Of a DNA stretch of 64,000 bases, positions 1-8,457 are shown one piece after another. Numbering within the stretch: the first letter of the stretch is position 1; each line of letters opens with the position of its first letter. Origin of the DNA: Betaproteobacteria bacterium UBA3031 (GTDB lineage Bacteria; Pseudomonadota; Gammaproteobacteria; Burkholderiales; Eutrophovitaceae). The DNA lies in NCBI GenBank assembly GCA_002367635.1, contig DFDI01000088.1:18671-82670 (forward strand). Direction: 5' to 3'. The notes beneath the pieces are model-generated. The model was not told the origin of the DNA. It made no database searches and saw only the letters and a program-made list of their open reading frames with translations. A program made the translations under genes and the position numbers.

Positions 1-1
1 T

Positions 2-1027
2 GGTGGTGGTTGGATGACGGGTAGTTATGATCCTGCAACCAACACAGTTTGGTGGGGAACAGCTAATCCAGCTCCTGACTATGACTACATCGGCGGCGAT
101 TGGATGAACAATGGTCCACGTCCAGGTGAGAACCTCTACAGCTCTTCAGTAGTTGTTCTTGATGCAGACAGCGGTGAGTTAACTGCTTACTTCCAAGAAA
201 TGCCACACGACGCTTGGGACTTTGACTCAGCAGTCGGTGAGTTCTTGATGATTGAAAAAGGCGGCAAGCGAAACATGGTTCACCCAAATAAGGGCGGTAT
301 CATTTTTGTTTATGACGCTGATTCAGTTGGTGGTGGTAATGAGTTGACCGTTAACAATGCGTACATGATTGGTGAGACCTATAACTACATCAAAGGTGTT
401 ACTAAAGAAGGTCGCTTAGTTGGTCGACGTGAACTACCAGAAGGTAAGCACTCAGACGTATGTCCTGCAATTGATGGGGCTATTTCATGGAATACCGGCG
501 CTTACAACCCTAAGAGAAATACACACTTCATGCTCACACAGGAATTCTGTTTTGACATCGAAGTTGTAAATCCAGAGCGTCCAGATGACTTTTCTGGTCA
601 AGCGTACTTCGGTGCGTCATGGACTTCTAAGGCTCCTAAGCAAAAAGCAGACGGTACTAAAGTTGACGCTGCTTACGGCACGCTTCAGGCCCGTGATCCT
701 TTGACCGGCGAAATGAAATGGCGTGTTGAGTACAAGTACCCAGTACTTGCTTCTCTCTTGTCAACCGGTGGCGATCTTGTTTTCGTACCTGGCGCAGACG
801 GAATGTTTGACGCTCGCGATGCGAAGACCGGTAAGCTCTTGTGGCAAAACAACTTGGGTACTGGTGCCCACGGTGGTGTTATCACCTACATGGCTGGTGG
901 AAAACAGTACGTTGCTGTTGTTACTGGCTGGGGCTCACACGTTGCAGGTAACTTCCCTGGACTGTTTGGCGCTCCATTCACAACCATGTCAACAGACACT
1001 GGTACTTTGATGGTCTACGCACTGTAA
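2..1027 (+). CDS. PQQ-dependent dehydrogenase, methanol/ethanol family (C-terminal ~340 aa; 5' end outside window), XoxF/PedH-like lanthanide-type signature
   Basis: Frame is open to the window edge (GGGWMTGSYDP...). Motifs TANPAPD, PHDAWDFDS and GGKQYVAVVTGWG are typical of 8-bladed PQQ quinoproteins. Confidence 0.85.
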   Translation, partial: GGGWMTGSYDPATNTVWWGTANPAPDYDYIGGDWMNNGPRPGENLYSSSVVVLDADSGELTAYFQEMPHDAWDFDSAVGEFLMIEKGGKRNMVHPNKGGIIFVYDADSVGGGNELTVNNAYMIGETYNYIKGVTKEGRLVGRRELPEGKHSDVCPAIDGAISWNTGAYNPKRNTHFMLTQEFCFDIEVVNPERPDDFSGQAYFGASWTSKAPKQKADGTKVDAAYGTLQARDPLTGEMKWRVEYKYPVLASLLSTGGDLVFVPGADGMFDARDAKTGKLLWQNNLGTGAHGGVITYMAGGKQYVAVVTGWGSHVAGNFPGLFGAPFTTMSTDTGTLMVYAL

Positions 1028-1076
1028 GGTGAGTTGATCAATCAAATTCGACGGTTTTTAATGTCGAAATGAAATG

Positions 1077-1110
1077 AAATTTGGGCGGGTTTTCCCGCCC
1101 AAATTTTTTT
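1077..1110 (+). terminator. Rho-independent terminator after the PQQ dehydrogenase
   Basis: aaatttgggcggg / tttt / cccgcccaaattt forms a perfect 13-bp stem running into a T7 tract, 50 nt after the stop codon. Confidence 0.85.
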
Positions 1111-1184
1111 GTCGGCTCTTTATTAGAGCTTAGAAATAACTTAATATTGTCGATTCGAGTAGTCACTATCCGCAGGAGAACCAC

Positions 1185-1571
1185 ATGCAACACAATCTTT
1201 CCTTTACCGTATTAACGCGCGTCGCACTCATGATGATTTGCGCGATGGGATTGAACATTTCGATTACTCATGCCAAGGAAGACGTAACAGATATCGCGGC
1301 AGCAGAGGTTGATCCAAACTACTTCCAATACAAAGAAAATTTCTCTGTCAAACGTTTATTTGCGTCCCGATGTAGTTGGTGTCATCAAGGATATGGGCTT
1401 AAACAAGCAGACGGGCCACGTCTATCAGGCACTACGAAGTCCAAGGAAAATGTCATAGAACAAATTGCTTACGGTAAAAGTCCAATGCCGGGTTTCCGGA
1501 AGCAACTTAAGCCGTGGCAAATTGAGGCGTTAGCGGATTACATCAAAGCGCTCCCTGATGTCGAGCTGTGA
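1185..1571 (+). CDS. Periplasmic class I c-type cytochrome (candidate electron acceptor of the PQQ dehydrogenase, XoxG-like role)
   Basis: N-terminal signal peptide, a single CSWCH haem motif, a downstream SPMPGF Met-ligand region, and GGAG-type RBS (caggaga) upstream. Confidence 0.8.
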   Translation: MQHNLSFTVLTRVALMMICAMGLNISITHAKEDVTDIAAAEVDPNYFQYKENFSVKRLFASRCSWCHQGYGLKQADGPRLSGTTKSKENVIEQIAYGKSPMPGFRKQLKPWQIEALADYIKALPDVEL

Positions 1572-1600
1572 ATTTTAGCTCCATCTTATCGAACCTACGA

Positions 1601-1625
1601 ACGGCCCTCAAGGGGCCGTTTTTTA
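1601..1625 (+). terminator. Rho-independent terminator after the cytochrome c
   Basis: acggccc / tcaag / gggccgt stem-loop followed by T6. It overlaps the stop codon of the convergent gene. Confidence 0.7.
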
Positions 1626-1994
1626 TTCTCTAGCTAAACGGAACGTTACCGCCAAACCATCGTATTCGGCGCTCCCCTTGAATTTGTCTTCTCCAATTAA
1701 AAATACATGACCAACGAAGTCCTTAGCACCATCTCCATTAGCTGTAAAATTAATGCGGTTCCCCAGAAAATGGACTGCCGATAAGAGGGTCACGTCCTTT
1801 CCAAATTTTTCCAAGTTCGTAAATCGAATAGAGCCCTTGCCTTCGTGGTTAAACGTCAGCCACAACGTGCCACTGGTCATGCCCTCATACCAAGCCCCAG
1901 ACCATGTTCCGACGTATTTTTGAGGGGTTTCATCCGCATGCACTATCGTTGCCAAAGCGAATACACATACTGCTAAAAATTTTTTAAGTAACAT
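1623..1994 (-). CDS. Hypothetical exported protein
   Basis: 123-aa ORF with a signal peptide (MLLKKFLAVCVFALATIVHA). No recognisable family. Confidence 0.55.
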   Translation of the reverse strand: MLLKKFLAVCVFALATIVHADETPQKYVGTWSGAWYEGMTSGTLWLTFNHEGKGSIRFTNLEKFGKDVTLLSAVHFLGNRINFTANGDGAKDFVGHVFLIGEDKFKGSAEYDGLAVTFRLARE

Positions 1995-2139
1995 TGAGAA
2001 TTTTTTAATCTGGTTAAATAACCTATTATATTGGAAATATCTACATATTCAGATTAACATTCAAAGCAATATAGAAGTAAAAAATACACCTCCTGATCGT
2101 CAAGGCTCGCCAATCCATAAGGGAAAAGAAGACGCTACT

Positions 2140-2691
2140 GTGCCCATCAAATACTGTAACCAATGTGGCACGCCCACAGTCATTAAAATTCCTCATGGGG
2201 ATAACCTGCCACGCTCAGTCTGTGAGAGCTGCGGCTTCATTCAATACGAAAATCCCAAAGTCATCGTTGGATGTATTGCCGAGTGGGAAGACAAAATTCT
2301 GCTCTGTAAGCGCGCTATAGAACCACGGCTGGGCTATTGGACGCTCCCTGCAGGATTCTTAGAGAACAATGAGACATCCCAAGAAGGAGCGCTTAGAGAG
2401 ACCTTAGAAGAAGCTAACGCGAAAGCAACGATTATTGACGCCTTCTCTCTAATCGATATTCCGCATATCAATCAAATTTACCTGCTGTACCGAGCTCAAC
2501 TCGCTAACGCTAGCTTCTCAACCACATTTGAAAGTTCAGAAGTCGGGTTATTCGACGAAACAACTCTACCGTGGGATGAAATCGCGTTCGCCGCAATCAA
2601 AAAATCTTTAGAGCGATATTTCGATGATAAACGTAAGGGCATTTTTTCTTTGCACGTGGAGACAATCAATGCCTCCACGCAAAATAAATGA
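2140..2691 (+). CDS. NUDIX hydrolase with N-terminal C4 zinc ribbon
   Basis: GTG start. CNQCG...CESCG zinc ribbon. Nudix box GFLENNETSQEGALRETLEEANA. Confidence 0.85.
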   Translation: MPIKYCNQCGTPTVIKIPHGDNLPRSVCESCGFIQYENPKVIVGCIAEWEDKILLCKRAIEPRLGYWTLPAGFLENNETSQEGALRETLEEANAKATIIDAFSLIDIPHINQIYLLYRAQLANASFSTTFESSEVGLFDETTLPWDEIAFAAIKKSLERYFDDKRKGIFSLHVETINASTQNK

Positions 2692-2721
2692 CAGTCAGCA
2701 TTTAAAGTTAGTTTTTTCGAG

Positions 2722-3924
2722 TCACCAGCTTGATTCATTATCCGGAGAAGCAGAAACCTTATGAATGGCCAAATCCGCCCCCATATACTCTTCTTCCTCG
2801 CTAAGCCGAATACCGACCATAGCTTTAATAGCGCCGTAAACAACAAAACCTCCAACCAAAGCTACCAAGACTCCCGCGACCGTTCCAATGAGTTGAGAGA
2901 CAAACGAGACGCCACCCATACCACCTAGAATCTCCAGGCCAAAGATCCCTGCCGCAATACCACCCCAAGCGCCACAAAGTCCGTGCAGCGGCCACACACC
3001 CAGCACATCATCGATCTTCCAGCGATTCTGAGTCGCGGTAAATAGAGAAACAAATAGTGCTCCAGCAATTAACCCTGTCACAAGCGCACCAAGTGGGTGC
3101 ATGATATCGGAGCCAGCGCAGACAGCCACCAACCCAGCGAGTGGTCCATTGTGGACAAAACCTGGATCATTCCTGCCAACAACTAAGGCTGCTAAAGTGC
3201 CGCCCACCATCGCCATGAGGGAATTTAGCGCGACTAACCCACTGATACCGTCAACAGTTTGAGCCGACATCACATTAAATCCAAACCAACCAACCGTCAG
3301 CATCCAGGCGCCAAGCGCTAAGAATGGGATGCTTGAAGGCGGATGAGAAGTAATCCCGCCATTTTTTTGGTATCGACCTTTTCTTGATCCCAACAAAAGA
3401 ACCGCTGCAAGGGCAATCCAACCACCCATAGCATGAACCACCACGGACCCTGCAAAATCGCGCATTGGTGCTCCGTAACTATCTTGCAACCAGTCTTGGA
3501 AGCCAAAGTTTCCATTCCAAATAATGCCCTCAAAGAATGGGTACACAACACCAACAATCACAGCGCTTGCAAATAATTGCGGATAAAACCGAGCCCGCTC
3601 GGCGATACCACCAGAAATAATCGCAGGTATTGCCGCAGCAAATGTCAGCAAGAAGAAGAACTTAACGAGGCCATAACCACCATTTTGGCTGAGCGTGTTA
3701 GCACCAACCAAAAAGTCAGTACCATAAGCCACGGCATAACCGACAAAGAAATACGCTATTGTGGAAATTGAAAAGTCACATAGAATCTTAACCAGTGCAT
3801 TCACCTGATTTTTTTTACGGACGGTTCCAACCTCCAAAAACGCAAACCCACCGTGCATGGCAAGCACCATTATGGCGCCCAACAAGATAAACAGTACATC
3901 TGTTGCACTATTGGATGACTCCAT
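2722..3924 (-). CDS. amtB: Ammonium transporter (Amt family)
   Basis: 400-aa polytopic protein with Amt signatures (LLGAIMVLAMHGGFAFLEVG, VHAMGGW, PLHGLCGAWGG). Sigma-54 promoter upstream. Confidence 0.93.
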   Translation of the reverse strand: MESSNSATDVLFILLGAIMVLAMHGGFAFLEVGTVRKKNQVNALVKILCDFSISTIAYFFVGYAVAYGTDFLVGANTLSQNGGYGLVKFFFLLTFAAAIPAIISGGIAERARFYPQLFASAVIVGVVYPFFEGIIWNGNFGFQDWLQDSYGAPMRDFAGSVVVHAMGGWIALAAVLLLGSRKGRYQKNGGITSHPPSSIPFLALGAWMLTVGWFGFNVMSAQTVDGISGLVALNSLMAMVGGTLAALVVGRNDPGFVHNGPLAGLVAVCAGSDIMHPLGALVTGLIAGALFVSLFTATQNRWKIDDVLGVWPLHGLCGAWGGIAAGIFGLEILGGMGGVSFVSQLIGTVAGVLVALVGGFVVYGAIKAMVGIRLSEEEEYMGADLAIHKVSASPDNESSW

Positions 3925-4000
3925 ATAATTCCTCTTTTTAAAAAGACCCGAACATGATTCAATCAGGCTTAAACATGATAATTTTATTGTTTATATTTAA

Positions 4001-4016
4001 AGCAATAAATGTGCCA
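4001..4016 (-). promoter_or_regulatory. Sigma-54 (-24/-12) promoter for the ammonium transporter
   Basis: The minus strand reads TGGCACatttaTTGCT, an exact GG-N10-GC spacing match to TGGCAC-N5-TTGCW, about 77 nt upstream of the amt ATG. Confidence 0.8.
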
Positions 4017-4068
4017 AACTCTAACCCATTGATTTATATATATTGAATAAAATTTAGACCGTCTCAAA

Positions 4069-4087
4069 TTGCACTAAATTAGTGCAA
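4069..4087. promoter_or_regulatory. NtrC-like enhancer site 1 (perfect palindrome)
   Basis: TTGCACTAA-A-TTAGTGCAA, with a GCAC-N7-GTGC core as in the NtrC consensus TGCACCA-N3-TGGTGCA. It lies about 60 bp upstream of the sigma-54 promoter. Confidence 0.65.
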
Positions 4088-4096
4088 TCGAAATTA

Positions 4097-4116
4097 TGCG
4101 CACATATTTGGTGCGA
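4097..4116. promoter_or_regulatory. NtrC-like enhancer site 2 (imperfect)
   Basis: tGCGCACatatttGGTGCGa, with GCAC-N7-GTGC spacing conserved. Its centre is about 30 bp from site 1. Confidence 0.5.
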
Positions 4117-4132
4117 ATTTATAAGGGCCTCC

Positions 4133-4567
4133 ATGAAAGACACACTTAAAATAGGTTTAACCTACCGCCATACCTTCACAGTAAGTGAGAAACAAACCGT
4201 GCCTAGGTTCTATCCAGAGTCCGATTTATTTCAAGCCATGCCCCAAGTCTTTGCAACAGGTTATATGGTCGGCTTGCTCGAATGGGCCTGTATCGAGCTC
4301 TTAAGACCACACATCAATTGGCCAGACGAACAGACCCTCGGCACCCACGTTAATTTCTCACATGAGGCACCCACACTCCCCGGCATGACCGTAACCGTGG
4401 ATGTCACACTCGTTACTATTGAAGGCCGAAAATTGTCCTTCTCAGTTAAAGCCCATGATGGCATCGACATTATTTCTACGGGCACGCACGAACGTGTGAT
4501 CATTAAACAGGAAAAATTTTTAGAACGACTGGAACAACGAAGACGGTCAATCAGAAAAGAGAATTAG
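4133..4567 (+). CDS. Hotdog-fold thioesterase (FlK-like family)
   Basis: MKDTLKIGLTYRHTFTVSE...ATGYMVGLLEWA resembles small hotdog thioesterases. The ATG at 4133 has an AAGGG RBS. The upstream GTG extension overlaps the NtrC sites. Confidence 0.7.
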   Translation: MKDTLKIGLTYRHTFTVSEKQTVPRFYPESDLFQAMPQVFATGYMVGLLEWACIELLRPHINWPDEQTLGTHVNFSHEAPTLPGMTVTVDVTLVTIEGRKLSFSVKAHDGIDIISTGTHERVIIKQEKFLERLEQRRRSIRKEN

Positions 4568-4573
4568 GCTTTC

Positions 4574-5752
4574 TTACTTTGCCAGTTGCTTCATTGCCTT
4601 TTCAAGGCCTGACAAGGTGAGGCCAAACATGCGTTCCTCAACCAGCTCACGGGTCAGAGAAATAGACTCGTGGTACTTCCATCTGGCCTCTGGCGTAGGG
4701 TTAATCCAAGCCGCTTTCGGGTAGACATCCAAAAGACGCTTCAACCAAACTGAACCTGCTTCTTCATTGAAGTGCTCCACGCTACCACCAGGATAGGTGA
4801 TCTCATAGGGACTCATCGTCGCATCACCAACCACAATCACTTTATAGTCAGCAGCATACTTATGGAGAATTTGTCCGAGTGGGATACGCTCATTATTGCG
4901 TCTGCGATTATCCTTCCACACGGATTCATAAATGAAATTATGAAAATAAAAATACTCTAAATGCTTGAACTCCGTGCGTGCGGCTGAGAATAACTCCTCA
5001 CATGAACGAACATAATCGTCCATAGAGCCTCCAATATCGAAAAACATGAGCACTTTAATCGCATTGCGTCGCTCAGGAACCATCTTCAAGTCCAAATAGC
5101 CGCCATTCTTCGCGGTTGAGAAAATCGTTCCATCAAGATCCAACTCATCTGCCGCCCCTACTCTGGCGAATTTGCGGAGTCGCTTGAGCGCCACCTTAAT
5201 ATTTCGCGTGCCTAGCTCAACTGTATCGTCCAGATTTCTATACTCTCGCTTATCCCAAACCTTTACGGCCCGACGATTTCTAGACCCTGCCTGTCCGACC
5301 CGAATTCCTTCTGGGTTATATCCATAAGCGCCAAAAGGACTCTTTCCCGCCGTACCAATCCACTTGGAACCGCCTTGATGTCTTTTTTGTTGCTCCTCCA
5401 AACGCTGCCTGAATGTCTCCATGAGCTTCTCCCATCCACCCAGAGACTCAATCAACTTTTTCTCTTCTTCAGAAAGTGACAGTTCAAGTTGTTTATTTAA
5501 CCATTCCTCTGGGATATTCTTGAGAAAATCGTCGGGGAGCGATTCCAAGCCATTGAAATAATCACCAAATGCCCGATCAAACCGATCATATAATGCTTCA
5601 TCTTTTACAAAAGTAGCTCGAGATAAAAAATAAAAATCATCGACACTTTCTTTAGCGACACGTAGTCGAAGAGCCTCCAATAACGTCAAGTACTCTTTTA
5701 CGGATACAGGTATACCCGCATCTCTAATTCTGAAGAAAAAATCAAGTAACAC
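4574..5752 (-). CDS. VWA domain-containing CoxE-like protein
   Basis: 392 aa, immediately downstream of the MoxR-type ATPase. C-terminal VWA-like region (MFFDIGGSMD = DxSxS-type MIDAS). Confidence 0.8.
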   Translation of the reverse strand: MLLDFFFRIRDAGIPVSVKEYLTLLEALRLRVAKESVDDFYFLSRATFVKDEALYDRFDRAFGDYFNGLESLPDDFLKNIPEEWLNKQLELSLSEEEKKLIESLGGWEKLMETFRQRLEEQQKRHQGGSKWIGTAGKSPFGAYGYNPEGIRVGQAGSRNRRAVKVWDKREYRNLDDTVELGTRNIKVALKRLRKFARVGAADELDLDGTIFSTAKNGGYLDLKMVPERRNAIKVLMFFDIGGSMDDYVRSCEELFSAARTEFKHLEYFYFHNFIYESVWKDNRRRNNERIPLGQILHKYAADYKVIVVGDATMSPYEITYPGGSVEHFNEEAGSVWLKRLLDVYPKAAWINPTPEARWKYHESISLTRELVEERMFGLTLSGLEKAMKQLAK

Positions 5753-5775
5753 GATGCAACTCTATAGACAGTTCA

Positions 5776-6630
5776 CTAGGCACGCTCAGAGCGTCGATTG
5801 AGAAAAACCAAGCGTTCAAATAAATGAACATCCTGCTCGTTTTTCAATAGTGCGCCGGCTAATGGCGGTATCGACTTTCTCTGATCACTCGTTTGCAGCG
5901 CCTCAATCGGTATATCCTCAGCCAATAGAAGCTTTAACCAATCCAACAATTCTGACGTCGAAGGCTTTTTCTTAAGACCCGGAGTCTCCCTTAAATCAAA
6001 GAATACCTCCAACGCCTGCTGCAGCAATTGTTTTTTAATGCCAGGGAAATGCACATCGATGATTTGACCCATGGTTTCCTTATCAGGGAATTGGATGTAA
6101 TGAAAAAAACATCTTCTCAAAAAAGCATCAGGCAGATCCTTCTCATTATTACTTGTAATAACAATGAGAGGTCGATGACGCGCACTGATTAACTCCTTTG
6201 TCTCATACACAAAAAATTCCATTCGATCGAGCTCTCTAAGCAAATCGTTAGGAAATTCAATGTCAGCCTTATCAATTTCATCGATGAGAACAACCGATGG
6301 CTCTTCCGACTGAAAGGCTTCCCATAAGGGTCCCTTCATAATGTAGTTCTTGATATCTTTTACTGATTCCTCTCCGAGCTGAGAATCGCGGAGCCGAGAC
6401 ACAGCGTCGTACTCGTACAAGCCTTGCTGCGCTTTTGAGGTAGATTTAATGTGCCATTGATGCAGTGGCCGCCCCAGCGCACCCGCAACCTCAAGAGCCA
6501 GCATAGTTTTACCCGTTCCAGGCTCTCCTTTAATGAGCAGCGGTCGCTGCAATGCGATCGCCGCATTAACAGCCATCATCAAATCCTCACCTGCCACATA
6601 ATCTTTAGTTCCAGAGAACCTATCCACCAT
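5776..6630 (-). CDS. MoxR/CoxD-like AAA+ ATPase (AAA_5)
   Basis: Walker A GEPGTGKT, Walker B VLIDEIDKA, 284 aa. Forms an operon with the VWA gene. Confidence 0.88.
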   Translation of the reverse strand: MVDRFSGTKDYVAGEDLMMAVNAAIALQRPLLIKGEPGTGKTMLALEVAGALGRPLHQWHIKSTSKAQQGLYEYDAVSRLRDSQLGEESVKDIKNYIMKGPLWEAFQSEEPSVVLIDEIDKADIEFPNDLLRELDRMEFFVYETKELISARHRPLIVITSNNEKDLPDAFLRRCFFHYIQFPDKETMGQIIDVHFPGIKKQLLQQALEVFFDLRETPGLKKKPSTSELLDWLKLLLAEDIPIEALQTSDQRKSIPPLAGALLKNEQDVHLFERLVFLNRRSERA

Positions 6631-6747
6631 CGCCCCACACCTCCTGATATGTCGTATTTTCCGTAATTATACGGCCTTAGTGATCTGCATCATTGTGTCC
6701 GCCATGCGCTTATAATGACGCATGATTTATTCCGACCGGAGTTAACC

Positions 6748-7524
6748 ATGCCAAAATTTAACGCAAATCTCACCATGATGTTCAACGAGTTTGATTTCAT
6801 GGAGCGATTCAAACAAGCACACCTTCACGGCTTCAAGGGTGTAGAGATCCTGTTTCCGTATGCTTATCCGCAAGATGAGGTCGGAGACACATTATCGAAA
6901 AATAATTTAGAGCTGGTTCTATTCAACATGCCACCAGGCGATTTCGAGGCTGGAGATCGAGGTCTGGCATGCTTGCCCGACCGAATATCCGAATTTAAAG
7001 ATAATGTGCATATTGCAATCAATTACGCGGCACCACTCAATTGTAAAAGACTTCACTGCATGGCTGGCTTAACTCCTGCACAACATTCCAACGAGATCAT
7101 TGAAGAGACCTTCATTCAGAATGTTCGATTCGCGGCCGACTTATGTCGGGACCACAACATCGAGGTCATGATCGAATCCATCAACACCCGTGACATTCCT
7201 GGCTATTATCTAAATTATTCACACCAAGCTGAGAGACTTCTGGAGATGATCGATCGGCCGAATGTTGGGTTTCAGTATGATATCTATCACATGCAAATTA
7301 TGGAAGGCGATCTCGCACCAACAATTGAACGACTCATCCCCCACATCAAGCACATGCAACTTGCGGACACACCAGGTCGACACGAGCCCGGCACGGGGGA
7401 GATCAATTACTCGTTTATTTTTAGCACGGTTGATGCACTAGGCTACGACGGATGGATCGGGTGTGAATATCGACCCCTAGAAGATACGATTTCAGGTTTA
7501 GACTGGATTAAGCCCTACCTGTAA
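6748..7524 (+). CDS. hyi: Hydroxypyruvate isomerase
   Basis: MPKFNANLTMMFNEFDFMERF closely parallels the E. coli Hyi N-terminus. 258 aa. GGAG RBS before the ATG at 6748. Confidence 0.88.
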   Translation: MPKFNANLTMMFNEFDFMERFKQAHLHGFKGVEILFPYAYPQDEVGDTLSKNNLELVLFNMPPGDFEAGDRGLACLPDRISEFKDNVHIAINYAAPLNCKRLHCMAGLTPAQHSNEIIEETFIQNVRFAADLCRDHNIEVMIESINTRDIPGYYLNYSHQAERLLEMIDRPNVGFQYDIYHMQIMEGDLAPTIERLIPHIKHMQLADTPGRHEPGTGEINYSFIFSTVDALGYDGWIGCEYRPLEDTISGLDWIKPYL

Positions 7525-7578
7525 AAAACATTTATAACGCAGTTACCTAAATAACAATCATCGAGGGAGAAGCACATC

Positions 7579-8457
7579 ATGAAAATCGGTTTTATCGGCT
7601 TAGGAATTATGGGCTCACCCATGGCAGGACAACTGATCAAGGGCGGGCATGACGTCTACCTGCATTCTCGAACACGAGTACCCAAAGAACTCGTATCAGC
7701 GGGCGGCACTGCGTGCAAAAATCAATCAGAAGTTGCATCACAATCTGACGTCATCATTTTGATGTTACCTGACACACCCGACGTAGAGAAAGTTCTGTTC
7801 GGCCCCAACGGAATCTATGACACGCTATCAAAGGGCGCAACCGTCATTGATATGAGCTCAATTTCTCCGATAGCCACCCGAGAATTTGCCAGCAAATTAG
7901 CTCTTAAGGAAATTGGGTATGTGGACGCCCCTGTCTCAGGTGGTGAAGTCGGCGCTAAAAATGCCACATTGACAATAATGGTTGGTGCAAACGAGTCAGA
8001 ATTCGCCAAGGTGGAACCTATTTTTAAACTAATGGGTCAGAACATTACGCTCGTTGGAGACATTGGTGCCGGTCAAGTCTGCAAAGTGGCGAATCAAGTC
8101 ATTGTTGCATTAAATATTGAAGCCGTTGGTGAAGCGCTATTACTCGCATCTAAAGCTGGCGTTGACCCATCCAAAGTTCGTCAAGCTTTGATGGGTGGAT
8201 TCGCCTCATCGAAGATATTGGAAATTCACGGAGACAGGATGATCAAGAGAACTTTTGATCCAGGATTTAGAATCGAATTACACCAGAAAGATTTGAACCT
8301 CGCACTCAGTACAGCTCGAAGTCTAGGAGTGAGCCTGCCCAACACAAGCACTGCTCTAGAATTATTTAATGCGTGCTCAGCCGCCGGAGATGGTGCACGA
8401 GATCACTCAGCAATGGTCTGTGCGCTCGAGCGTTTAGCGCAACATAAGATTGCCTAA
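7579..8457 (+). CDS. glxR: 2-hydroxy-3-oxopropionate (tartronate semialdehyde) reductase
   Basis: MKIGFIGLGIMGSPMA Rossmann motif of the beta-hydroxyacid dehydrogenase family. Located next to hyi. Confidence 0.85.
   Translation: MKIGFIGLGIMGSPMAGQLIKGGHDVYLHSRTRVPKELVSAGGTACKNQSEVASQSDVIILMLPDTPDVEKVLFGPNGIYDTLSKGATVIDMSSISPIATREFASKLALKEIGYVDAPVSGGEVGAKNATLTIMVGANESEFAKVEPIFKLMGQNITLVGDIGAGQVCKVANQVIVALNIEAVGEALLLASKAGVDPSKVRQALMGGFASSKILEIHGDRMIKRTFDPGFRIELHQKDLNLALSTARSLGVSLPNTSTALELFNACSAAGDGARDHSAMVCALERLAQHKIA

Noticed and set aside
4082-4132. A GTG-initiated N-terminal extension of the thioesterase ORF.
   Set aside because: The extension overlaps the NtrC-like enhancer palindromes of the divergent amt promoter and adds a non-homologous Cys- and Trp-rich peptide. 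The ATG at 4133 has an RBS.
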